Of a stretch of 64,000 nt of DNA, positions 36,461 through 46,841 are shown one piece after another. The translations under genes and the position numbers were made by a program. The first letter of the stretch is position 1. The number at the start of each line of letters is the position of its first letter. The stretch spans positions 1,689-65,688 of the forward strand of contig CAJLRE010000001.1 of assembly GCA_905208975.1 (NCBI GenBank), given 5' to 3'. This DNA is from an uncultured Collinsella sp. (GTDB lineage Bacteria > Actinomycetota > Coriobacteriia > Coriobacteriales > Coriobacteriaceae). Under the pieces are notes generated by a model, which saw only the letters and a list, made by a program, of their open reading frames with translations, had not been told where the DNA came from and made no database searches.

Positions 36461-37791
36461 TACAGAGCCTCGAGTGCGTTGGCGATGCGCTTCATGGCGG
36501 CATCGGCGGATGCTTGGTCGGGCGCCTCGGCCAGCACGCGGATAACCGACTCGGTTCCGCTCTTGCGTACGAGCACGCGGCCCTCGCCTGCCAGCGCAGC
36601 CTCGGCCTCGGCGATGGCGTTCTGCACGCCCATGTTCTCGAGCGCGGCGTCCTTGTCCGCCACGCGCACGGCCACCTGCGCCTGCGGCAGCAGCTTGCAC
36701 GGAGCCGTGAGCTGCGAGAGCGTCTCGCGCTCGGCGCGGATCACTTCCATCACGCGCAGCGAGGTCATAATGCCGTCGCCCGTGCGCTCGATATCGCCAA
36801 AGATCGTATGGCCCGTCTGCTCGCCGCCCAGGCTGTAACCGCCCTCGCGCATCTTGGCATACACGTGACGGTCGCCCACACCGCTGGTCACGACACTTAG
36901 GCCGGCAAGCTCCAACGACTTGATCAGGCCAAAGTTGCTGGCAATCGTCGGAACCACGGTACCGCCCGAAAGGCGACCGTGCTTGTTCAGGTACACGCCG
37001 CACACGTACAGGATCTGGTCGCCATCGACCACGCGGCCGCGCTCGTCCACGGCCAGGCAGCGGTCGGCATCGCCGTCGTAGGCAAAGCCCACGTCCAGGC
37101 CCTGCTCCACCACATGGCGCTGCAGACGCTCCATATGCGTGGAGCCGCAGTCGACGTTGATGTTAAAACCATCAGGCGCGGCATTGATCACGCGCACGTC
37201 GGCGCCCAGCGCGTCGAACACCGGCTTGGCCACCGAGGACGCCGAGCCGTTGGCGCAGTCGATGCCGATCTTGACGCCCTGAAGCGAAAAGTTCGCGCTG
37301 GCGATGAGCGAGGCAATGTAGCGGTTGCGGCCCTGCATGTAGTCCACCGTGGCGCCGATGTGGTTGCCCGTGGCCAGCGGCACCTCGCTCTTGCTATCGA
37401 CGTAGTCCTCGATGAGCTCCAGTACGTCCTCGTCCATCTTAAAACCGTCGCTATTGACGAGCTTAATGCCGTTATCGCAAAACGGGTTGTGGCTCGCGCT
37501 GATCATGATGCCGCAATCGAAGCAGCCTTCCACGGTCTGATGCGCTACGCCCGGCGTGGGGATCACGTGCAGCATATAGGCGTCCGCGCCGCTCGCGACC
37601 AAGCCGCTCACCAGCGCCGCCTCAAACATATAACTCGAGCGACGCGTGTCCTTACCCACGATGACGCGCGCCTTGCGCTCGCGGTTGGCGCCGTAATACC
37701 AGCCCACAAAACGGCCAATCCTATAAGCGTGCTCTACCGTCAGCCCAACGTTAGCCTCACCGCGAAAGCCGTCGGTGCCAAAGTACTTCAT
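36460..37791 (-). CDS. glmM: Phosphoglucosamine mutase
   Basis: MKYFGTDGFRG, GKDTRRS, ISASHNP, DGDADR, GGEQTGH, RKSGTE. Confidence 0.88.
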   Translation of the reverse strand: MKYFGTDGFRGEANVGLTVEHAYRIGRFVGWYYGANRERKARVIVGKDTRRSSYMFEAALVSGLVASGADAYMLHVIPTPGVAHQTVEGCFDCGIMISASHNPFCDNGIKLVNSDGFKMDEDVLELIEDYVDSKSEVPLATGNHIGATVDYMQGRNRYIASLIASANFSLQGVKIGIDCANGSASSVAKPVFDALGADVRVINAAPDGFNINVDCGSTHMERLQRHVVEQGLDVGFAYDGDADRCLAVDERGRVVDGDQILYVCGVYLNKHGRLSGGTVVPTIASNFGLIKSLELAGLSVVTSGVGDRHVYAKMREGGYSLGGEQTGHTIFGDIERTGDGIMTSLRVMEVIRAERETLSQLTAPCKLLPQAQVAVRVADKDAALENMGVQNAIAEAEAALAGEGRVLVRKSGTESVIRVLAEAPDQASADAAMKRIANALEAL

Positions 37792-37874
37792 GCGCTCTCC
37801 TTACAAAATAGGGGCGAACAGATTGCCTGTCCGCCCCAAAATGGTACTCGATTATCTGCGCTACCAGAAAAACC

Positions 37875-40187
37875 CTACGCCGACGCGCTGTCGCGAGCCG
37901 CCTGGCATGTAGGAGTCTGACGCAGCGTAAGCGGCTTGTCCCCCGCCTCGGCCGACGTGGTCAGCGTATACGTGATCGTCGTCGTCTCGCCAGCATGCAG
38001 GTCAACGGTGCCCGAATAGAAGGGGATTCCATGCCACGTAGCGGCACCAAGACCAAACTGGGTGCCCTCGACGGTCAAATCAGTAATGTTGCCGCCCGTC
38101 GGGGCAAACAACGAGACATTCAGACGCTCGTCGTCGCGCGCGGCATCGGGCGCGCTCGCCGCGACGTAGTCGGGCAGCTTGCCTGCCTCCTCCTGCGTCA
38201 TGATGTTCGTCAGGGTAACGGTGATGCGATACGAGCATGTGCCGTCACCGTTCTTGATGCCCTGGCCAATCTGCGTATCGGCATTCAGGTACCAGTCGAG
38301 CTTGGAGAAGCTCAGGTTGTTAAAGTAGACACCAGCAACGGGATCTTCACTCGGGTCATCCGGATCGGGCAGCGAGGCGTCGATGTTCATCTCCTTGATA
38401 GCGTTCTGCTCGTCATCGTTTTTCATCCACGCGATCAGGCGGCCCTCTTCGGCACCGCGCTCAACGGCGCTGACAAGCTTCGTAACATCGACATCGCCGA
38501 TACCGCCAAGGATCTTGTCGAAGGCAGCGCTGGCGACGGATGCAAAGATACCGTCCGACTCCTCGACCGGATAGTTCCAGTACACATCGTGCATGAGGAC
38601 CTTTGCGGCGTTGGTGCCGTCGACAACCGTTCCGTCGGGCAGCGACACGTTACCGACCAGGCCCAGCAGATACTGCAGGAACACCGGGTCGATACCCACG
38701 ACGCCGTCAACGTCCTGGCCATATTGAGATTTCCACAGGGCTGCGACACGCTGCGAGTTGCGGGGCCAATCAGGCGAATAGGTATTGCCCGAGTTGTACA
38801 GGTTACTGTGGTTGCCGAACAGCGCCTCATCCTCTTCGTCGACGCTCTCGACTGCCTCATCCTCGCTGAGTCCAATGCGGGGGACAAACTCGCCAATCGA
38901 CATCTGGCCGTCGGTGACCGAAATCAGGCCCTGCGAACCGCCAAAGCCGCCGCAGGCACGAATCTCGACGTTGTTCATGGCGTACACAAGGTAGTTGCGC
39001 GTCTGGCCGTTGGCGCCGAGCATCTGGGGAAGGACGGGGGCGACCTTCTCCGCCGCGTCAACCGCGCCGTTGAGGGTGGCAAAGCCGTCCTTGGCCTTAT
39101 CGACCAGCTCGGTCACCTGGGAAATATGAGTATCGCCAATGCCCTGGATCTTCTCGTTGGCGCTCTTGAACACCTTCGAGCTATCGGAAAGCGAATCGGC
39201 AACGGCCTGCAGCGCGGACACGTTAATCATGCCGTCCTGGAACAGCTTGCCGGGCGTGGCCTGCGAAAGGTTATCGGCCATGGGAACCAGTGCATTGCTC
39301 GAGACATCGGACAGGACGTCGATCATGGTGCGGGCCGCATTGATGTCGCTGCCATACACCGGGATAAACGAAGCCGCCGTCCACAGCGGGCTCGAGGTCT
39401 CCGCCTTCATGCTGTCGCAGAGCTCATCGATCTTTTTCGCGTCGTCAGGCAGCGTCGAAAAATCGCCCGACGTGACCTTGTCCTTAAGGCCACCGACGAT
39501 CTCGACAGCCTCCTTCGCTTCGCTCTTTACGGTCTTTGCCGAGTTAAGCAGCATAAAGCCGCTTGCGCCAAGCGCAACGAGAAGCACCGCGACTACAGCG
39601 GCAATAATGGCGCCGGTGTGACGCTTTTTGCGTTCGCCCTTGCGATGGCGATGACGGACCAGACCGTCAGAGGTCGAACTCGACGAAGCGTCGCTACCGT
39701 AGTTCAAGCCAAAATCGTAATAATCTTCCTTGGAACCCGAGCCCGCAAACTGGGCACCGCTATCATCCAGGCGGGCGAACGTGCCAGTCTCGGAGGCACC
39801 GGTGTAAATCGTGCCAAGGTTACCCGTAAGCCCCGCGCCACCGGCAGAGGGAGTATTGTTGGCGGCCTTGCCGGCATTAACGTTGCCGGCGGCATTTGCG
39901 GCGTTGGCAGCACCTGCGTTGTTCGCAGGCACCGAAGGAGCCCCGCTCGGCTGCGACGCGGAGGTTGCACCGCCCGCAAAGACATTCCCTCTTGCACGGC
40001 CGGTCTTTTTTGCCTTTTGAGACTGCTCGTACAGAGCGGTAAACATCGCCGTCTCGCCCGGGGACACGCGCTTACCGGAACCGCCCTGTCCAGCGCCGCC
40101 CGGCGTGCCGGCCTTACCAGCCCCGTTCGGACGCGGCGGAACTGCAGGACGACCGCTATCGCTGCCCTTAAAGTGATTACCAGCCAT
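37875..40187 (-). CDS. DUF4012-like membrane-anchored extracellular protein
   Basis: Low-complexity cytoplasmic N-terminus, TM helix, MLGANGQTRNYLV..NNVEIRACGG, NTYSPDWP, VDGVVGIDP, SKLDWYL. Confidence 0.8.
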   Translation of the reverse strand: MAGNHFKGSDSGRPAVPPRPNGAGKAGTPGGAGQGGSGKRVSPGETAMFTALYEQSQKAKKTGRARGNVFAGGATSASQPSGAPSVPANNAGAANAANAAGNVNAGKAANNTPSAGGAGLTGNLGTIYTGASETGTFARLDDSGAQFAGSGSKEDYYDFGLNYGSDASSSSTSDGLVRHRHRKGERKKRHTGAIIAAVVAVLLVALGASGFMLLNSAKTVKSEAKEAVEIVGGLKDKVTSGDFSTLPDDAKKIDELCDSMKAETSSPLWTAASFIPVYGSDINAARTMIDVLSDVSSNALVPMADNLSQATPGKLFQDGMINVSALQAVADSLSDSSKVFKSANEKIQGIGDTHISQVTELVDKAKDGFATLNGAVDAAEKVAPVLPQMLGANGQTRNYLVYAMNNVEIRACGGFGGSQGLISVTDGQMSIGEFVPRIGLSEDEAVESVDEEDEALFGNHSNLYNSGNTYSPDWPRNSQRVAALWKSQYGQDVDGVVGIDPVFLQYLLGLVGNVSLPDGTVVDGTNAAKVLMHDVYWNYPVEESDGIFASVASAAFDKILGGIGDVDVTKLVSAVERGAEEGRLIAWMKNDDEQNAIKEMNIDASLPDPDDPSEDPVAGVYFNNLSFSKLDWYLNADTQIGQGIKNGDGTCSYRITVTLTNIMTQEEAGKLPDYVAASAPDAARDDERLNVSLFAPTGGNITDLTVEGTQFGLGAATWHGIPFYSGTVDLHAGETTTITYTLTTSAEAGDKPLTLRQTPTCQAARDSASA

Positions 40188-40336
40188 AAAGAAATCCTCG
40201 CAATTGAGTCGCAATGAAAAAGTCCATAACGTTACTAGTTTATGGCATTTTGAGCATCGACAGCTAAACTCCAGACACGGACATCAATTGGCGAAAATGC
40301 GGCACAACGCCTTTTCCGTCCTGGCGGCGGCGCCAG

Positions 40337-41359
40337 CTACACCGTGAGGAACATCATCACGATGATCATGGCAAAGCCGATAAGGTCGGTCGGCAAAAAC
40401 ACCGTGCCCAGCATAACGGCGCTGGTGATGGTCGCCGAAACCGGCTCCACAGTTCCGATGAGGCTCGCACGCACCGAGCCGATGTCCTTAACGCCCTGCA
40501 TATAGAGCATGTAAGCAAAAAACGAGCCGATAACCACGAATACCGCGAGCGCCTCGACGCCGGCAGCGTCGAGTGCCGGCATATGCGCCCAAGGCTGCAC
40601 GAAGACGCACGAGACCACGCCCGCCGTGAGCATTGCCGAGCCCGTGACGATGGGGCTGCCGTATTCGGGCAGGATCTTGGCGGGAATCACCGCCATACAC
40701 GTGGCGCTGACCGCACACATAAGGCCTGCGACCAGGCCAAGCGGCGATATGCTCAGACTGGTAGGGTCGCCGCCGGTAGCGATTAAAAAGGTGCCGCCCA
40801 GGGCCAACCCAATGCCAACGGCCTCACGCACGCGAGGCATGCGATGGTCGATCACGCAGGTGTAGCCCATAATGATGACCAGTTGCAGGCATTGGAGCAC
40901 CGTCGCGGTTCCGGCATTGGTCAGGCGCACGGCCGAAAGATAACAAAACTGGTTGAACAGCAGACCAAAGGCGGTAAAGAGCAGCAGCTGCTTGCGATCG
41001 GCGGGTGTGGTCCAGAGCTTAATCAGGCGCTCGCGGTCGCGCGTAACAACCACGGCCATAAAGAGTAGACCGGCGAGAATCTGACGCACGCTCATAAGCC
41101 ACAAGGTGTCGACGTGGTAGGTATCGAACAGAAAGCTCGCGCTGGTGCCCGAGAAGCCCCAAAACGAACCGCCCACCAGCGTAGCCAAGACGCCCGTGAT
41201 CATCTTGCGCGTCGAAGCGCTGTTCAGGCGCTCGCGCCAAGCGCGGCGGGTGCTACGGCTGAGCTCATCGGTGCCCTCGGGCACATCAATGTTCGATATA
41301 TCGGTCATCGGCACCGAAGCCCCTGCGCCTTCGACCTGCTCGACACGCTCTTTGCTCAT
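40337..41359 (-). CDS. EamA/DMT family transporter
   Basis: About 10 TM helices; WGFSG, NAGTATVLQ, EPVSA. Confidence 0.9.
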   Translation of the reverse strand: MSKERVEQVEGAGASVPMTDISNIDVPEGTDELSRSTRRAWRERLNSASTRKMITGVLATLVGGSFWGFSGTSASFLFDTYHVDTLWLMSVRQILAGLLFMAVVVTRDRERLIKLWTTPADRKQLLLFTAFGLLFNQFCYLSAVRLTNAGTATVLQCLQLVIIMGYTCVIDHRMPRVREAVGIGLALGGTFLIATGGDPTSLSISPLGLVAGLMCAVSATCMAVIPAKILPEYGSPIVTGSAMLTAGVVSCVFVQPWAHMPALDAAGVEALAVFVVIGSFFAYMLYMQGVKDIGSVRASLIGTVEPVSATITSAVMLGTVFLPTDLIGFAMIIVMMFLTV

Positions 41360-41648
41360 TCCATTCCCTCGAAGCAGCCTGGAAACAATTCGGCTTACCT
41401 TACCACGGCGAAGGCACCAGCTGGAGGCTTGTCCGCTTATCGGTAGGACAATTCCGCAGACGTCTTTCCATAGCTCGATACCGCAATGGCCTTGCATTAT
41501 GCGACAGTCAAATCGCGGCAGCAGGCTCTTTTGAAATGGATATGACAAAGCCCCCGAATTCCACAATGTAAGCGATTTTTAAAAATGTTCTTGCCACCGA
41601 GTTCAGGCTCCGTTATATTATCCCTTGCGCGCTTGCGCACCCTTGATC

Positions 41649-41723
41649 GGGCGTTTAGCTCAGGGGGAGAGCGCTTCCCTGACACGGAAGAGGTCAGAAG
41701 TTCAAATCTTCTAACGCCCACCA
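41649..41723 (+). tRNA. tRNA-Val (GAC)
   Basis: GGGCGTTTAGCTCAGGGGGAGAGCGCTTCCCTGACACGGAAGAGGTCAGAAGTTCAAATCTTCTAACGCCCACCA; anticodon arm CTTCC-CTGACAC-GGAAG. Confidence 0.97.
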
Positions 41724-41731
41724 AATGTTCG

Positions 41732-41770
41732 CAGCTCAGAGGCTATGTCCTCTGGGCTGTTTTGTTTTTT
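41732..41770 (+). terminator. Terminator after tRNA-Val
   Basis: CAGCTCAGAGG-CTATGT-CCTCTGGGCTG followed by a T tract. Confidence 0.75.
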
Positions 41771-42058
41771 GTCGCTAAATCCGCTGGCAGTTCCAACCGT
41801 CATCGCAACGTAACAACAATTCACCTGACGAATGGCAGCCAAATATATTCAATACCCCAACATCAACAATAGCCAGGCACAAAACTGCGCCGCAAGCTGC
41901 TCCAACCGCCCAACTGGTCAAAAGCCGACCATCTACTTGCCAATTTATCTAACGGCGTAACCAAGCAGTCCGCGCCGCAACTTCTCAACAAAACGCCGCG
42001 ATGTCTGCGCCCTGCGGTATCCTTGAGCCACTCGCACCTGCAGCACCAAGGAGCCGCC

Positions 42059-42745
42059 ATGCGCACCGAGCTCGATGTCCCCTTTTCGCACAAAGAAGAA
42101 GCCAAAGCGCTGGGCGCCAAATGGGACCGGACCAAGAAGATCTGGTATGTACCCAGCGGCGTCAACCCCGAGCCCTTTGCCGAGTGGCTGCCCGGTGTTG
42201 ACCGATCCGACCCCTCAGCGCCGTATATATATCTAGTACTGGGCAAGCGCGAGTGCTGGAAGTGTCACAAAGAGACCTCGGTCGCGGCCTTCGGCATTCC
42301 CTATCGAACCGATAACGACGAGAGCATCGCCATCGCGCACGCGCCCAACGAAGCCGGGCACATTGCCATCGACACGGCCAACGCCAACGCACTCGCCATC
42401 GTGCCCGCTCTTGGCTGCGTGCCGGGCGAGATCCGCGACTACCTTCATAAGCGCTGCGGCTACAAGCCCGTAGGCGCGCGAGCCTCCAAAGCCCCGTCGC
42501 TCGGCAACACGTGCACCATTTGCGACGCGCTGCAAGGCAGCCGCTATCTGTTCGAGGAGCCCTCGTCCCCGTTTGCCCTCACTGCCATCAACAAGCTGCC
42601 GGCACTGGAGTTTGTACGCGTCGAAGTTGCCGGCGTCTTTGGCGTCCCGGCCACGCGCACCGACTTTGACCAGGCGCTCTTTACCTGGGCACGCGACCAT
42701 CACGCCAAGTTCCACAAGCAGCTCGGTGAGGGGATTTATTTATAG
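42059..42745 (+). CDS. DUF5710-like N-terminal domain protein with CxxC pairs
   Basis: LDVPFSHKEEAKALGAKWDRTKKIWYVP N-terminal motif; CWKC and CTIC; AAGGAG SD. Confidence 0.75.
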   Translation: MRTELDVPFSHKEEAKALGAKWDRTKKIWYVPSGVNPEPFAEWLPGVDRSDPSAPYIYLVLGKRECWKCHKETSVAAFGIPYRTDNDESIAIAHAPNEAGHIAIDTANANALAIVPALGCVPGEIRDYLHKRCGYKPVGARASKAPSLGNTCTICDALQGSRYLFEEPSSPFALTAINKLPALEFVRVEVAGVFGVPATRTDFDQALFTWARDHHAKFHKQLGEGIYL

Positions 42746-42783
42746 GGACAGAGATGCCTTCACAGCCAGCTCCTCCGCATCAC

Positions 42784-43044
42784 CTATCCCTCGTCGCCGG
42801 CGTCGTACACGATATCGAGGCCACAAACAGGGCATTTCTCCTGATACACCGGCATATGAACGCCTGTCCGTTTTCTCACTTCGTCGCTAAGTCTGTCGCA
42901 CGCATCGATGAACCGAATGTCGAGGCACGGTATTTGCGAGCCGCAGCAAGGACAGGCGACGACAAACGACCCGCAATCAACTTCTACGCTCGGAAACATT
43001 TTGTTGTCTATAAGGGCGCACGGCAGTTTTCCGTACTTCCCCAT
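42784..43044 (-). CDS. Small zinc-ribbon-like hypothetical protein
   Basis: CPCC and CPVC motifs in an 86-aa frame with a GAGG SD. No family recognised. Confidence 0.5.
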   Translation of the reverse strand: MGKYGKLPCALIDNKMFPSVEVDCGSFVVACPCCGSQIPCLDIRFIDACDRLSDEVRKRTGVHMPVYQEKCPVCGLDIVYDAGDEG

Positions 43045-43190
43045 CGCAATATCGCCTCGCCAGCTCACGTTCGCTCCCCTCTCGCTATACAAATCAGGAA
43101 GAGCATGCACCGGCAGGCGTGTGCGAGATTGCATCGCCACGCGATCCGATCAAACAACACGATCGTCAAAGAATGCCAAAGCCAAATACG

Positions 43191-44282
43191 CTAATACGGC
43201 AAAAGCCCCGCCTTTTCACGCTTCTTTTCCGAGCGATCGAACTCAATGCGATGGGCCTCAAGAAACACCGTGTTGGGTCGCCACTGACGCTCATTCGGCT
43301 GCCTTAGCGTCGCACCCGCAAAGGAAGCGTAGTCGGTCTTATCCAGCAGGTACGATCCGCACAGCCGATATTCGCCGCAAATGGGCTCAAACGAAATCAG
43401 GTGAGCATCAAATAGGGAATGAAGGTCGCGCCGAAGCAAAATGCCGTTGCTGGCAACCTGCGATTTGGGTCCCGAGTAATTCTCGATATGTGCAGCCTCC
43501 AGAGCTTCGCTGACGCCGCAGTCCGACACCGCGCAACGGCCGTCATAGGCGGCAACGAGCTGCTTGCGGAACCATTGCTGCCCCAATCGCTCGCGCCTCA
43601 ACGCATAGTGGACCTTTTCGTCGTCGGTCGCACCCTGTCCGGCAAACTCAATATCGACGGGCATGTGCTTCAGATAACTCATATCGGACGCAAAACGAGG
43701 GTCCGGTCCGCCTTTATGAACAGGACCGTGCAGAACAAACCATCCGTTTTCGGGCTCGAACCGCTCAACAAACGCAAGGCCGAGCACCTTATAGCCCACC
43801 TCGGTTGCAAATATGACTCCGACCGGAACGCCACATTCCATGCAGTTGAGCATTTTACGGTTGTAATTCTGGTCTCGAAAACCAACGGTACCCGGCGCTT
43901 GAACCGAGTACTTAATGACCCACGTACCATCGTCCAAATAGAGCGGAGGCACATCGGTGTAGAAGCTCTTTTTAGAGTTATGGACCGAAAGTGCAAAGAT
44001 CTTATTGGGATCTTGCTTCACCCGATCCTGGCCCGGCCAGAAGATCCCTGAATCCCGCGTTACGGGAAAGAAGTCCGAGCCAATTCTCAAACGATACTGA
44101 TACTGAGGGCTATCTTCCTTGGTGTGGTGCAGAAGGCTGGTCCAAACGCCGCCGCGCTGTTCCTCACCCAGAAACCACTCCCATGCCTCAACGTATTCGG
44201 AAGGCACGAGACTGCAGGCGCGGTCATAGCTTGGTCCATCCATCAACGGAACAGCAAGGTCAATGTCGTTCATCGCCAGCAC
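43191..44282 (-). CDS. HNH endonuclease with an SRA/PUA-like N-terminal domain (type IV restriction-like)
   Basis: C-terminal FRKQLVAAYDGRCAVS..LEAAHI..NGILLRRDLHSLFD (HNH_2 pattern); N-terminal GIFWP..ALSV..YTD..N..VPVGV..YKVLGLAFV. Lower GC than flanks. Confidence 0.85.
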   Translation of the reverse strand: MLAMNDIDLAVPLMDGPSYDRACSLVPSEYVEAWEWFLGEEQRGGVWTSLLHHTKEDSPQYQYRLRIGSDFFPVTRDSGIFWPGQDRVKQDPNKIFALSVHNSKKSFYTDVPPLYLDDGTWVIKYSVQAPGTVGFRDQNYNRKMLNCMECGVPVGVIFATEVGYKVLGLAFVERFEPENGWFVLHGPVHKGGPDPRFASDMSYLKHMPVDIEFAGQGATDDEKVHYALRRERLGQQWFRKQLVAAYDGRCAVSDCGVSEALEAAHIENYSGPKSQVASNGILLRRDLHSLFDAHLISFEPICGEYRLCGSYLLDKTDYASFAGATLRQPNERQWRPNTVFLEAHRIEFDRSEKKREKAGLLPY

Positions 44283-44488
44283 CTACAACCATACGAACGC
44301 GAGTCATGCCCCTCAATAATATGACCGAGAGTCAATTATTACGAGATCTCATTCCGCGATCGGCACATCGTTGATGCTCTCGGTTTGCCGCTGGCGCGCT
44401 TGTACCCCGCTACCCCACTTCCCTGTATACTGATGTAGCACGTGTTTCATCCGGGCTTGTTGGACCGGGTCGTTCATGGGAGGGCCTT

Positions 44489-44980
44489 ATGGCTGCTTCG
44501 AATCCGCCTAAGGGGAGCGTTTCTTCTTCGTCCATCAAGCCGGTTACGCGCAAGGCCGTGCGTTGCCAGCGCGAGGTCGCTTGGCTTGTCACGCAGGCGG
44601 CGGGCAGGCTTGTGGCGACCACTCAGGACGTCAATGCGCCTACGCCGAGCTTTGTGTTAGCGGCGGCGCTGGATTTTGTGCGCCAATTGGAGCTTGCCGC
44701 ACAGGATGCCAGCGGCCACCTCGACTACCAGAATGTTATGGCGCCCGACCTGCAAACGTTCTGCCACATGGCCAAGTTGCCCGCCGCACCCAATGCACTT
44801 TCGGACGCAGGCTACATGTTTACGCTCTCGGGCGCGAAGCTCATCCGCGACATCTATGCATACTGCAGTGAGCTCGCCGAGCGTCACGTCTTTGGCACGG
44901 CTGAAGTCAAACCGGGAAATGTCATCAAGCTGGTTCTTAGGCTGTTCTTGATGGACGGGTTCGGGGCCATGCCGGCGTAA
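44489..44980 (+). CDS. Hypothetical protein
   Basis: 163-aa ORF with GGGAGG SD; no family recognised. Confidence 0.6.
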   Translation: MAASNPPKGSVSSSSIKPVTRKAVRCQREVAWLVTQAAGRLVATTQDVNAPTPSFVLAAALDFVRQLELAAQDASGHLDYQNVMAPDLQTFCHMAKLPAAPNALSDAGYMFTLSGAKLIRDIYAYCSELAERHVFGTAEVKPGNVIKLVLRLFLMDGFGAMPA

Positions 44981-45080
44981 GCCGAGTCTTTAGCACCACC
45001 GTCGACTGAGCAACAACCGCTTTACCTTAGTGGGCGCCAATTGAGGGTCGATTATTGGGTCGCCTCGTCCACTAACGCAT

Positions 45081-46553
45081 TTATTCCACGCGCCCTGACA
45101 GTCGATACTTGCGGTTGCGGCTCGTCGCCGGCGCCGTGGGCTCAAGCTCGCCTTGAGCAATGAGTGCATTGACGCGCGACCTAACCTGGGAAATTGTAAG
45201 CCCCGTGCGTTCTGCCAGCTCACGCGTCCCCAGCTCGCCGTAGTGTTTGAGTGCCGTCACAATTATGCCCCCGCCATGATCGACCGGCTCGATCTTTGAA
45301 CGGTAAAGTACGACCTTGAACCGATCGAACCCCGGGCAGAACAGGGGCTCGGCCAGACCATGCGCGCGCATGGCATCGATCATCATCGGGATGCCCGAGC
45401 CATTGCCCTCAGCCGGCGAACCTGCGCCATCCGGCAGCGGGACAATCGACATGAGTTTCACGAGCGTCGCGTTACGGCATCGGGAGCTGCCGTCAAACAA
45501 GTTCTCGCGAGTCTTCCCTCCATAAAGGCCGCCGGGATTCGTCACCTCGATACGGTCGTCAAAAACGTCGACGGTGATCGATTGCCCACAGAACCGATCC
45601 CCGTATTCCCTGTGGATAACCGCGTTGGCGACTGCCTCGCGCAGGACCTCCTCGGGAATCTCCAGCGAGTCGATACGCGAGATGCCTTGGACGGTCGAGG
45701 TGCGGCGCAGGTTTTTGGCGACAGCCGCGACAGTATCCGAAATCATCTCGCCCAGGGTGCCCTCGCAGACTGTGCGGTCCATAAATCTTAGCGGTCCCGC
45801 AGCGCCCTTTTGAGTTCCCGCATGGACAGCCACATCAATGAAGAGCTTGGGATAGAACTGCTGAGGGTAAACGCCCGCGGCAAGGAGGCCGGCCTTGGTA
45901 ACATTGCCCTGGAAGTCGAGGAGATTCAGGCGCTCCATCTTTGTCTTCTTGTCCGTCGCACCACGCATCGCTCGAGGCGTCAACGAATAGGCGCGTTCTA
46001 TCGTGCGGTCGACCAGCGACTCGTCGAGATCGCCCACACTCGTGCCGGGCACCGCATCGCGATCGCTAGGACTCGTCCGTTCGTATGACGACAGTGCCAA
46101 AACCTCGGTCGACGAAAGGGGCACGTCTTTGTCATCGACGCGCTTGTAGCTGCCACCTTGAGCGCCCCGCTCTATGACATAGCAAGGCTTGCTCGACGGG
46201 TCGAGCTCCTCAATCGTGATGACCAGAACCACGGTGCCCTGGAGCTCCACGCGCTCAATGGTGTATTTGGGCGGATTGGCCAGCTTTCCACGACCGCCGG
46301 CATCGCCCATGCCCGCCACGAATTGGTTGAGCACTTTCTCGGTCTCAAAGTTTGTAACTGGGACAAAACCCGCGTGCTCGCTCACTCCGAGTACGATGAT
46401 GCCGCCGGCGGTGTTTGCGAAAGCGCTGACCGTTTCCCATACGTCGCGGGAAAGTGTCGTGGCGCTCTCCTTGACCTCGACGTTAAGATCGTCCGAGCCC
46501 ATGCGCCTTAAAGACTCGAGCAGACCGGTCAGTTCGTTTTCGTTCATCTGCAC
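45081..46553 (-). CDS. AlbA_2/Schlafen-domain + HATPase_c_4 + C-terminal wHTH protein
   Basis: VEVKE..ETVSAFANTAGGIIVLGV (AlbA_2); LREAVANAVIHREY..DRIEVTNPGG..RN..GSGI; C-terminal HTH. Confidence 0.88.
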   Translation of the reverse strand: MQMNENELTGLLESLRRMGSDDLNVEVKESATTLSRDVWETVSAFANTAGGIIVLGVSEHAGFVPVTNFETEKVLNQFVAGMGDAGGRGKLANPPKYTIERVELQGTVVLVITIEELDPSSKPCYVIERGAQGGSYKRVDDKDVPLSSTEVLALSSYERTSPSDRDAVPGTSVGDLDESLVDRTIERAYSLTPRAMRGATDKKTKMERLNLLDFQGNVTKAGLLAAGVYPQQFYPKLFIDVAVHAGTQKGAAGPLRFMDRTVCEGTLGEMISDTVAAVAKNLRRTSTVQGISRIDSLEIPEEVLREAVANAVIHREYGDRFCGQSITVDVFDDRIEVTNPGGLYGGKTRENLFDGSSRCRNATLVKLMSIVPLPDGAGSPAEGNGSGIPMMIDAMRAHGLAEPLFCPGFDRFKVVLYRSKIEPVDHGGGIIVTALKHYGELGTRELAERTGLTISQVRSRVNALIAQGELEPTAPATSRNRKYRLSGRVE

Positions 46554-46608
46554 GTCCTTTCGCTCGGTTCTGCGAAGAATGCCGCGGATAGATTTCCCTC
46601 GTCTCTCA

Positions 46609-46841
46609 GTTATCTCTCGTAATTATCTCTCATCTTTCTGTTATCTCTCATATTAGAGATGAGTGAGAGATGAAAGATAAGATGTCTGTCATCTGTTTCA
46701 TTTAAACATGTTGTTGCTGGTAAAACAATCTATATTGAGACAATACCATGGTTGCCCGTCTCTTTGCAGCATTGTTATCTCTCATATTTATCTCTCATCT
46801 ATCTGTTATCTCTCGTATTAGAGACGAATGAGATATGAGAG
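46609..46841. repeat. Two ~68-bp AT-rich blocks (offset 165 bp), each with three TTATCTCTC followed by inverted GAGA motifs
   Basis: TTATCTCTC at 46610, 46623, 46641 and at 46775, 46788, 46806. Confidence 0.85.
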
